NCBI GenBank assembly: GCA_002633005.1
Contig: NMRA01000136.1
Location: forward strand, 361,657 to 425,656
Reading direction: 5' to 3'
Source of the DNA: Phoronis australis
Lineage: Eukaryota; Animalia; Phoronida
DNA length: 64,000 bases
Positions 11,101 through 23,100 of this stretch are shown in pieces. The notes under the pieces were generated by a model that ran no database searches, was not told the origin of the DNA, and worked only from the letters and a program-made list of their open reading frames with translations. How positions within the stretch are numbered: position 1 is the first letter of the stretch; the number at the start of each line of letters is the position of its first letter. The position numbers and the translations under genes are program-made.

Positions 11101-14100
11101 GTATCCGGGCACTTGCCAGCACGATTTAAGTTATCAGTTGTGAAGAACAGTGGCTGTGTTTTAATTGAATAAACATGAATTTCGCATATAAAGTATGATA
11201 TATCCGAGTTAAGACATAAGACAATATTTCACTTGTTATGGGCATGATGTATCACAGTGACTAATAATGTAAACATGGATTACTGGGCGAGACCTCTGTC
11301 TCATTTGAGACGCAATATAGGTGTTCGGTTTCATAATGATGAAATATTGTTTATAGATGTGTTTTAAATAAATGGTAATTTATCATAAAAACTCTTGTGT
11401 CGTTGAACATTCCAAGGTTAAAAAGGGGATGATTTATCAGCCCATGCATTGTCAAGGTGACTGTCTCATCTAGCAAGAGAGGTCTGGTTAGTATAGAAAG
11501 TCACCATGACAACCTTACATGTTGGGCTCACAGGAAAGGCTTAACTGCACGCTGTAGCATCCAATGTGTGTAAAGTTTACGGGTAGCATTAAGGACTTTG
11601 ATACAAGTTGGATAATGCAGGCTAGGCTTGGCTTATGTATTAAAATGATAATTACAGAGTTCGATGGTTACTTAATGACTTGTCTCATTTCCGCAGGGCC
11701 GAAACAGAAATGGGTTCCCCTTGACATAGATCCACCTCGCTCAAGTCGTCGCAGTAAGAGTCAAGATGGCGTACGGTCTCCGCGACAGTGGAAGGGGCGG
11801 GGTGACCGCCGTGAGGGCAGAGGTAATGGGACGTTGCCCTCGTGCTGATAAGGCCAAAAAACATAGTTGTTTCTGGTCTCTGTTTTTTGAAATTCGAGTC
11901 TAGTGCAGCTTTTTCAATTGCTCGCCTTTTCATCAAACAAAAATTCGCCTGAAACGAGCAAAAATTATGCAGGATTTTGTACTTGTTACTTGTCCTTGTA
12001 CAGCTTTTCAAAAAAATAAATTGAGACTTTGGCTGAATCGATATGGTCTGATGTTTTTTGTTTTTTTAGTCAGTGAGCGCAAGTCTCATAATGAAGTCTG
12101 GGTAAAGACCAGAATCAACTTGGTTTTTTTTTTCGGCTTAATGGAGGAAGGGAGGTAGCCAAATATCTGAATATTCTGAGCACCTGTTGTGAAGAACTGA
12201 TTTTGATTTTACTCTGGATGTTGTGACATTCACCTCTGCTGACGTGGATTTATTGTAACATCACCAGATTGAAAGTGTTGTTTATTATTAGTTGATCTCT
12301 ATGCAGTTCTGAGTTGACGGCTGCCACTTCTTCTGTGTGTAATAATGTATTGTGTATGATTACACCACAATTAGTGACAGTTTACCTACCAACCATGTAC
12401 AGTGAGATGGTTTATGATGTTGTGTAGTAGTATGACGGCAACCCCACTTTGCGTAGAATTTGGTGAATACACGACAACAAAGTCTATTTTCTTTATGTTC
12501 GGGAAATTTGAAGAAGTGTACAGTAAAGCGTTAAGGTTATGTTATGTAGCACCTTACGGACTGGTCTTCGTATTTGGTCTGTTATCGACAAAAATATAGA
12601 TTCATTTGACTTATAGCCAATGAATCTGCTATTAATTGGGTCATATGAAGAATTAAAATATAGTGAAAGAGAATGATATATGGATAGCAAAACAATTGTG
12701 TCAAAACCATGATAAAGTTTTATGTTAATATAAATGTGAGATCTCTTAAAGTTTACAAAAGCATTTCGTTTTCTTTTCATACAACTTATAATGTCTTTTA
12801 TGAAACCATAGCAGTCCAATTTTTGATAGCTCGTCATGCAACAGTGGAAGATTTTAAAAGCAATTGCTCACAGTGTTTTAGAGAACACTGCATACAATGC
12901 CTAGTGCTCAGTGTCTGGTAGTTCTGTATGCATCAGAGTGTCCTTTTCCTAGAGTTGATGTTCAGAAGGTCTCCAGATTTGGACATTTTTGTAGTGTGGA
13001 CACTGTAGACAGCTATATTGTGTAAAATTAATGACTATTCATGCACTTCATTGTAAAGATGCAGATGAATTTCAATGGTAGGTCTTGTACTGATTCTTCG
13101 ATAGCCTGAAGTTATTTCTCAGGTTTTGAAATCTGGTGGCTTAGTGCCTCCAGTTATCTGAAATTGTACTGTAGATGGCGGGCAGATAGGTGATGTACTG
13201 TGGATGGCGGGCAGATAGTTGATGTACTGTAGATGGCGGGCAGATAGGTGATGTACTGTGGATGGCGGGCAGATAGGTGATGTACTGTAGATGGCGGGCA
13301 GATAGGTGATGTACTGTAGATGGCGGGCAGATAGGTGATGTACTGTAGATGGCGGGCAGATAGTTGATGTACTGTAGATGGCGGGTAGATAGGTGATGTA
13401 CTGTAGATGGCGGGTAGATAGGTGATGCTTATTAGCTTCTAGCCATGCAAACTCGCTTCATCGGAAAAGTCCATGAACTTTGAAGCTACCTATTTTGCAG
13501 GAGCCGACTCGTCCAACTGGAGAACAAGGGACGGGGAGGAACCCGATAGTCCCCGTGAAGGTTACCGCGGTGGATACAGGGGCCGTGGCAGGGGGCGTGG
13601 TCGTGGGCGGGGTCGTGGGCGTGGTGGTTACACCAGGATGAATAAAGACGGCAGCAGTAAGTAGCTTTGTAGAATTAGAGGAGAGAATAGTTTGTGGGAA
13701 TGCTTTGAAATGTTTGATTTACTTTACTCATGACAACTAAGGTTGCTTTATTGGAAAGAGCAGATTGTTTGTGTGACTGTGTTTCTTTATAAATAGCTTA
13801 CATAATTATTTTTGCAAAAATACGTAATTTGAATAAAAGGTGTTTTTGTCTTTGGTTCCTGGTCATTCACAACCCTGTGAAACCATCTTCGTAGTTTTCT
13901 ATGTATATCAGTTGCTGGTCTCAACATTGCTGAAATTTGGGCTTGGGATGAGCTGACAAGAGTGAGACTGCTGAAGGGTAAATTTAAAAAGTTGAATTTC
14001 TAGTGTTTTGCGCTGTAAGCTGTATGGCTGAATGTAAAGGTGGTTCTTTTACTGGTTGTTAGTGTTCAGAGCTCTATGGCTTTTGTTGTTTTTGATTTAA

Positions 14101-17100
14101 GTGACGAGCTAGGTAGCATGTCATGGCGGTCATTTGTATGTATGAATTTCACTCCACTAAATTATTTGTCGATAAATCTATGCGGGTTTGTTATGCTAAT
14201 GTTGGTTTGATCTTTACCTTGAGTGAACATAGTGTGTACTGTGAAGCTGTGGTTGTTATTGGGAAGTAACATGATGATAACGAGGTATATGGACTAGAGT
14301 CTCAGAACTGTGCGGGTGACGAGACGAGCCTTGTTTCTGATTTCAACCCCACTTTAAAGTGATATTCTTATATTGATAACCTTCAATAATAGCTTATTTT
14401 CAGTAAGGTGCCAATATGTGTTGTTTTTTTTCTGCTAAATCTTTCTATCGCAACAGCTGTTTGGTTGTCATATTTGTATATTGGTCCTTTATTTTGTGTA
14501 AATCGTGTAAAATTGAAAGCTGGTATGCCAAAGAAAGTTAACTTGAGATACATGACACATTGATGAAACTTACTACAACGAGTCCCTTACTAAGGAGATG
14601 TGATTTCTTGGCTTGGAAAGAACTGTCCATTCATGCTGAATGAGATTATGTTGTGCGCATAAATTGACCCCCCGTGCTGAGTCGACCTACTGTACCTGTC
14701 GCTCCGTCTTAGCATAGAAACCGAGTTAAGACCAGTGTATTACATTGGGATGGTCGAGTTAAGACCAGTGTATTACATTGGGATGGTCAAAATTAAAAGT
14801 TAATTTCTTGATGAACGGTGGGTTAATAACAGCGTCAATCCCAAGGTTTTTTGTCACTTTCTGTGACCACTTGATCCACGTTTTGACTTGCTACAGATTT
14901 ACTTCCTCCCCAGTAATACTGATGTGACCCTTGACCTCATTTCCTGTCCAATCCGATGTATCGCACAGGGTCCCTCAGTGTAAGAAAGGGCAGGTGTTGA
15001 TGTTTTACGTTTTCCTTGACCACGTCATGCTCCTAATATTAACCATACCCCCAGCAGATGAGGAAATGCAGATGCTGAAAGCAATAATTGCTTTGATCTT
15101 ATCTTTCAATGATTGATCTAAATGTGTTCATTTAAGTAACAGCTTGCAAGTTTGTCGTCATCTCTTTAGGTGGCGGTAGTGGAGGATGACCTTTAAAAAT
15201 TTGAACTAGTCCAACTCAAGTCCATTTATCGTCATCAAATTCGATTTTAAAGTTGAGTCTATGGGTGATCTTTCCGCAATGTTTCACCCATAGGATTCAG
15301 TTTGTAAGGATTTGTTGTTCTTTCCAAAAGAATTCAAATTAGAATTTATTAAATTAATAGGAGATCAGTATTTAGGTTCATCCTGCATTACACGAGGTCT
15401 CGCTAGTGTTTTGTAAGTAAGCAACTGAGCTATTGGTTGACCCCGCCCCCTTGCGAAATGTCGCCATACAAACAATAAGTGTTACCCAGCAACGTGTTGT
15501 TTGTCGGGTAAAATGGCAGCTTGGAAACGAAGGTGTGTCAAGAATGCTGCGTTCTCATTGGTCATTTAATCTGTCACTCAAAATCCTGGCGATAGGTCAC
15601 TCGTATAAATAGCTCAGTCTCTTGGAGTTATAAATTAGTTGCTGGTATGCAATTACCTGAAGTTTCTCAGTATCCACTGTATAAGCCAAGATATCTCGCC
15701 CCTAGTGTCTTGCGTGTGACTAAGTTCATTAAATGTGTCCCAGTATTCAGTCCGGTTCTGCAAACTTGAGAGGTTTCCAGCATTGTACTCTGATGTCCTG
15801 TTGACTTGCTGTCCTGTCATTGTACCAACTAATAGGTTGCCACCAGCTGTCATGCTTAATGGAGACTCAATAGGTGCTGGTTGTATGATGAATGGGTCCT
15901 CTTTTCATTAATCTTAATAGATTGTGAACAGAAAGCTGTTTATCAGATTGGAGGCGTGCGGAGCATGGCAACCACGCGACCTAAATAGTAGAACTTGTAT
16001 TCCAAATTTTACACAAGATTCTACTTTTAAATTGATTAATGATATTGCGTGAAATTGAAATTTGAAATTTCGAAGCTTGGCTCACGATTGATCAAGTTTC
16101 CAGGTAAACCCGGAAAAAATTAAGTGTTGGCGGGCTCAGAACTTGGTTTGTTTCACAAGTGCCACCTAGTGGGTTCTTCATTGCTCACCATAGATGTTTG
16201 ATAGCTAATAACACAACAGTGTTCCTAAGCTGGACTGAGCTTTGTCTTCATTTCAGATCAATATGCTTATCAAGCTGCGACGGATGAGCAGTATTACTTC
16301 GACCCCCTGCAGGTGTATGCCGGTGGCCAGTACAATGGAGGCGTCTTTTTCAACAGCGTCCCCTACTCCATGCAGGTGGATGCCACCCTGCTGAGAGACT
16401 ATATTAAAAAACAGATGTAAGTTGATGCAGACCAGCTCGGCTCAGAAACTGCTATGCTACAGTCTTGATTGAGCTAAGTAATAACGATATCTGATTGGTG
16501 TAAATGGCGTGTTTAATCGGTTTTTGAGTAGGACACGAGTAGTTTCTGAACACTTACAATGACTAGCTAAAACGGTTGCTTGAGGTCGGAGTTCCAAACT
16601 GTTGTTGTATTGATTTATGGATATGGCAGTCACGGGTGGAATTTTATTGATGAGCGGAGATGTTTCTGTGTAAAGGAACAGTGCCCATTCCATGGGTGTC
16701 CATCAAGAAACAAATGTGAGACTGTGACTCTCGGGCTGTAATTCCTACAGATTCATTGTCTGGGGATATTAAGAGATTTTTATTCTTTGACTCAACAGTA
16801 TGATGTACCATGAATTGTTCTTATTTTTGTTTGCTATAAGCATCATTCAGTGATGAAGTAGAATATAAACATACCATACTTTAATAAGAATCTTTCATGT
16901 GTTGGGGAAATAAGTCTTAGGTGAAGATTTATTAGGTAATGAATCCTAATTTGGTGTGTGTTAGGTTAAATGATGCAGAGGCCAGGGTTTCAAGTTCGTA
17001 CTGTCTGTTATTCAGTGTTTTTTAGCTGGCGTTAATCAACAGATTTAAATTAGTTGTACTGAAGTTGATCTCATTAGTTCATAGTGAAATTAAGCGCAAG

Positions 17101-20100
17101 TTTACAGTAAACTTAGAAATAAAAATGATTGGAAATGCTTGAAACTGCATTTTTTTTCTATTCTGTTAAAAATCATTACAGAAGTTATTGGTTTTGCTTC
17201 AGATTTCAAAAGTTTACTACAAAGATATTTATAGAGGTAAATTCTAATGTAACAACTGCACAGTAGATGTCACTTTTCAAAAGTGTCTATTTCAGTAAGA
17301 TGTTGTTTTCAAGCAATCCCACGCTAGTGTTGTCTAAGTTATTCATTTGCATGTTGCAGCGAATACTACTTTAGCGATGACAACCTGCAGCGAGACTTCT
17401 TCCTTCGACGTCGTATGGCCCCGGGGGGTTGGATCCCGCTCAGCCTCATCGCCAGCTTCCACCGTGTACAGGCGCTGACGCAGGACATTAGCGCCATCAT
17501 GGAGGTAAGCTACATATGACTGTGTACGGCTTTTAGGGGTAATAGTTGGATATAACGTGACCGCAGTTTGAGAACCAGTTTTCTTCACTGAATAACAGGC
17601 ATCAAACTGGTTCTCAAATTATGGACACAATATATCCGATTGTTGCCCTTTTAGGTACTGATGATAGAGCTTTTGTGTAGGGAGAATTAACAGCTCAATA
17701 TTGTTGTAGAGCAGGCTCGACCTGGCTTGTTGCTCATGTGCGGAGATGATTTCATATGTCCAATGAACTGTTGCTTCCTTCCTGGCTCGGAAACCACTTA
17801 ATTGTAATGGACGGCAAGTTTGTAGCACTTGAAGGGCAACAACAATATTGTCCCTGACATTGTTGCCTGTCTCTCGAAGTCTAATGGCTTTAGTCATTTT
17901 TCTTCAGCCAAAAATTGATTTGTCTTTTGCGATTCTTAAAAAAGATTAATATTCCATCTATTTGAGCGGACTTAGTTGTCTTTTGACTTCTAGCCTGAGC
18001 CTGATTTTGTGAAACGGGCTAAGTCTTCCACAGGCTGAATTTCAACAGAAAGTCAAAAGAAAAAATTCAACAGACTCTTGGAGACTCATGGTTCACTGTA
18101 ATGTAGTCACATTTCATTTTGTAAAACACTAATGAAATTTGCCATTTGTCATGTTCTCTGTGATAAATTTATACTTTTGCCAGATACTTGGAACTGTTAT
18201 ACAGACTGAGGGACATTGTAAAGTGGATCGGTTTGGTACAAAATGTACAAAATAAGTTTCATTCCTTGAGCTAAATGGTTATGCAAATTGCAATGGTGAA
18301 TTCTGAATTGCATTATCGAATCTAAAATCTGAATTGAATGTGAGTAACATGATGATAACCAGGTGTATGGACTAGAGTCTCAGAACTGTGGGTTGATGAG
18401 ACGAGCCTTGTTTCTGATAACTCACTTCAGTTGTAGTGCAAATCTAGCAATCTGTAAATGGTCGTCTTAGTGGCTGCACGTCTTTACAGTGCTGTTCTAT
18501 GACACATTGGGCATGCTCTGCATAGTTCTGTCAATGTCCCATTTTTGGTCCTATTTTCAACTGATTATGCTGAATTTTGGCTTTGAATATTGTTCCTCTG
18601 TTTTGTGTAATCATTGCTCAAATGTTGTGTGGATTGACGGACCATCTTTAGTGACAATTGTTTTGTTTATCGGTGTGTTTGTACTTAGCTTGTGTCTTGT
18701 GCGTAAGAATTAGTGAAGGGAAATGCATGGTGTGTCCATGTAGGCAATATCTGACAGCGAGGTGGTGGAGATTTCCGACGACCAACTGAGGTTGCGACCC
18801 AAGGAGGAGCCAGAGAAATGGCCACTAGATGATGCTGGCGTGATGCACCCAGACCAGCCAGTCTCCCCGACATCTGGTGGCTACTCGTCGGTGACGCTTC
18901 ATGCGGACGTGCCAGAGTTTGTGCCGGGACAGGCCTACTACCCCATCTATCAGCAGCAACCGAACGCAGATGATGGTATGTGTTATTGGGGCTTGCTTCA
19001 TGGCAGTTTTATAACCCAACTTGCCCATAGCAAATGATGAAAGCTATTGTAAGCTAGCTACACTGTGGCACTTATTGTCCCCACTTTCTTAATGTTGTAT
19101 TGTGCAGGTGGAAGTGTGATTAAGGTTTGTAAAAAGCTTGTGCAAAGTTTTCAATTGGTTGACAATGTGGAAGGTATGAGTATGTTGGGAGTAGTTACTG
19201 CAGCAAAAATCTCCAACCAGTCAGCTTGTAGAGCTACGTCATAATAACAGCAACATGATGATAAGAAGGTGTTTGGACTAGAGTCTCAGAGCTGTTTGGT
19301 TGATGAGACAAGCCTCGTTTCTGATGCTGTCAATGACTATAATGCAGATTTTTGCGCCTCTGAAAGCGCACACAGTCGCACTTGAAATTGTGGTCGCAAT
19401 TACCCTGAATTATGTTGTTGGTCCATGTCTGTGAACATGTCTTCGTCTTGTATTTTGCTCTAGTTGTGGACCAATCAGCTGAGGCCAAAAACTATGACAG
19501 CGGCCAAGTCGATGCTGACACAACCCTGACAGGCGACGAGTTCAACGACTCCAACACTAAAGTGACCCCTGGTCTGTCGTCCAGTCTGCCGTCCACCAGT
19601 GATGAGTGGATGCAGGTAAAGAGGAAACCCAAGACCCCCAAGACAACCCCGATTAAGGATACACAGGTGGGTGGCGGCTTGAGCAATGATGGACAGGTGA
19701 AACTCGTGTGCACAAAATGTTGCCCTTCCTCTTGAGTTTGGTGTCAAGAGTTGATAAATGTATTGCAAGGTAGCGTTGGAAGAACTTGATAGACTATAAT
19801 GCAGACTCAAATTTGAGGGTGCAGTAATGGGCCCCGAGACCCTGGCTCCCAGTTCACTTCTTTTTGATAATGAGTGTTCTATAAAACAGTCTATGACTGC
19901 ATTGTTTGCTAACAGCGTGTCATGCTTCTCTCCCAGATCAGCCATAGATCAGTAATGGTTTGAAAGCTGTGAAAACAGCATTATAGACCAGCAGTGTGTT
20001 CCTAGTGCACTGGCTACGTATGTGTTTGTGCATTGTTGGAGCAGCGTGTGTGAATATGCCGTTTTCTTTTTCAACAGAAAAAAGGCCAGAGTGCGGAAGA

Positions 20101-23100
20101 GATGGAGGAGCCTGAAGAGTTGGACTTCCTGTTCGACGAGGAGATGGACGCGCTGGAGATTGGCCGAAAAAATACTTTTACCGACTGGTCAGTATTAATT
20201 CAGCACAGAGTATATTTTATGTTGTCTAAGTAGTAAGATCTAACTTTATGTTACTTACTGATGCGTGGATAGTCGTACAGACCGAATACCAGTTCATGCC
20301 TGAAAATCATGCACCTTGAGAAAATTGCTGAAACTTACTGGAGTCATTTTAAATGAGCATGTTGTTTGTGACAATGACAGATTACGTTTCGGAATTGAAG
20401 AGTTGTTTTTTGTGAGGGATTATGCGTGGTGTGTAATGTGGTGTGCTACATTCTGAGATGAGGCACCAGGATAGAAAGCGCTTTCCTGTTCATTACGTTA
20501 CATAATATTGATAGTCCATAATTATGTTGATTTGCAAAAAGCATTTGATATACAGGGCTTGGAATTTTCCGCGGAAACGCAGATTTCCGCTTTTTTCAAA
20601 TGTGCTGTCCGCTTCTTTTATTATGCGCCCACATATTTATATGTGGACGCATTATGCCGTCATCTCTGTCCGTCCGTCCGGGCGGCGTCTGTCCGGCGTC
20701 TGGCGTCCGGCGTCCGCTGCTCTATCTCCAAAACCCTTTGACATACGTTCATGAAATTTGGCACATGTGTTCCATTCATGAATGGGACGGCATGTGCGAA
20801 CTTTCGGACGGATCCGACTACCGGTGTGCCCCCTAGTGGCAATTTTAGTTTTTTACGCTTACCTTTGTATCTTCAAAAGTCCTGAACGGATTTTCATGAA
20901 ATTTGGTATGTAGGCACCTAGTAGTGAGATGACGCTATCCTGCCGTTTTCGGATGGATTCGACATAGTTTGCGCCACCTAGTGGCCATTTTTACTGTTTT
21001 CGAGTCTGTTTTTGTGCTTCCACCCCTCTATCAACCAAACCGCTCAAAGGATGATTGTGAAAATTGGCATGTATGTGCTTACNNNNNNNNNNNNNNNNNN
21101 NNNNNNNNNNNNNNNNNNNNNNNNNNNNNNNNNNNNNNNNNNNNNNNNNNNNNNNNNNNNNNNNNNNNNNNNNNNNNNNNNNNNNNNNNNNNNNNNNNNN
21201 NNNNNNNNNNNNNNNNNNNNNNNNNNNNNNNNNNNNNNNNNNNNNNNNNNNNNNNNNNNNNNNNNNNNNNNNNNNNNNNNNNNNNNNNNNNNNNNNNNNN
21301 NNNNNNNNNNNNNNNNNNNNNNNNNNNNNNNNNNNNNNNNNNNNNNNNNNNNNNNNNNNNNNNNNNNNNNNNNNNNNNNNNNNNNNNNNNNNNNNNNNNN
21401 NNNNNNNNNNNNNNNNNNNNNNNNNNNNNNNNNNNNNNNNNNNNNAGGATGATTCTGATTACCGGTATGCCTCTAGTGGCAATTTTAGTATTTGCCTCTA
21501 GTGGCAATTTTAGTATTTTACATTGACCTCTGTATTTTCATAGGTCTTCAGGTGTATACTTTGTGTTACTTCGTGACTGTGAAGGAAAAGTTCCAAGTAG
21601 AACTTTGTTTCTGGCATTCTAATGCTGTGCTAATCTCGTATGTTGGTAAATTTGTTTTTAATTCTATGTTTATGTGGTGCTTTAAGCAACTGGTGTATAG
21701 GATGTGCTTGTATTATGAAAATTACTCACATTTTGCCCCTAGCCTATTGAGGAGACAATGACCATGCCTTTCCATTTTGCAAAGTATGCCCTCTACTGGC
21801 CACTTTATGGTACCGATAAACAACCCTAGAAGGATACCGTATGCGGTGCAATTGTGGGCGCATTTCAACGCTCCGCGTTGCTCTTGTAATATTTCCGCGT
21901 AAAAAAATCGGATTTGATATAATATTTCTGCGGCAAATTCCTTACTTACCGCGGCGTCGCAGACGACATTCACCTCGAAAAGCGGAAGTTGCTCTTTATG
22001 TTTCGGAGGAACGTAAATTGTCAACATTGCCGGGGCACCTGGGACAGCGTGGTGGGATTTTCAATGGCGTCTCGTGTTATTGTTAAGCGCGGCGACAAAT
22101 ACTACCGCTCTGCAGCCAAAAATGTGTGGGGTTGGGAGTGCGGACGGGCGAGCTAAGAGCTAAAAGGACGCAGACGCAAGGTACTGATGGTGGTAACGTT
22201 TTTTCTTCTCCTTTTTTTTCTTTTTTTTTTAGACCTCCCGATTTTTGTCGAGGAAAGGTTCACATTGACCCCATTTCAAGGCATGATTTGGGCCGTAAAA
22301 GTTTCCGCGTTTTTTGTCATTGGTCATTCCAAGCCCTGAATATAATTAATCATAAGGAAACAGGGTGGGTCCTCCCTTACTTCAGGGGGAAGGTGCCTGT
22401 GTCTTCAGATAAGACAAATATCTCGGCCACCAATTTTTGCTGTGGTGATTGGAATTTGGTGCGAGTATCTTTCACGGGGAAATGAGGCTGATGTTATGCT
22501 CTAAATTGGGCATTGGGAGCCCTGGAAATATTTGATCCAGGGATGTTGCCGGTTGGGACGGCAAATTCTGAAGTTTTGCTGATTGAGCAATGGTATTTGA
22601 TACTGTTATTACAGTGTACAGTATCGTGCACTGAGGACCAAAACATACTTCGACAGTGGTAGATGATCTGTTGACCTCAGAGGACACCTGACATTAAATT
22701 GCAATGTTTATGATGTCTTAATCCAACAGACGGTTTCTTAGTTGTTACAGCAAGAGCTTTGATAATTTTAGTCCCACTTACCAACTATCGTCTCACAGGT
22801 CTGACGACTCCGATGGTGAGATGGAAGACAGTGAAATCAACCATATACTGATTGTGACCCAGACGCCTCCGTACTTGCGTAAGCATCCCGGCGGCGACCG
22901 CACCGCTGACAAAGTGCCACGGGCCAAGATCACGTCAGAGCTGGCTAAAGTGATCAACGACGGCCTGTGCTACTATGAGCAGGACCTCTGGGAGGACTAC
23001 GACGAGGAGCCGGTGGGTCACATGACTGTTGGCAGACGTCTGCTTCTTGTTATAACGTGTAGATCAAGCTTGAGATTGGGGACCTCGTAATTCACTTTCT

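Larger units (their letters stand above)
20553..22338. mobile_element. CAGGGCTTGGAA MITE, copy 2, split by a HINE insertion
   Basis: 20553-20620 joined to 21888-22338 reconstitutes the 340-854 element; both TIRs present. Confidence 0.85.

Noticed and set aside
13165-13427. TAGATGGCG in the 29-bp repeat as a CTCF site or CRISPR repeat
   Set aside because: Only half the motif matches and the units are head-to-tail with no spacers.
14890-14995. Possible cassette or micro-exons in the LARP1 intron
   Set aside because: Candidate AG/GT pairs give stops, wrong phase or weak donors; unsupported without RNA data.
20969-21526. Long ORFs in the ORF track spanning N runs (also 41084-41511 and 46725-47925)
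   Set aside because: Artefacts of translating assembly gaps.
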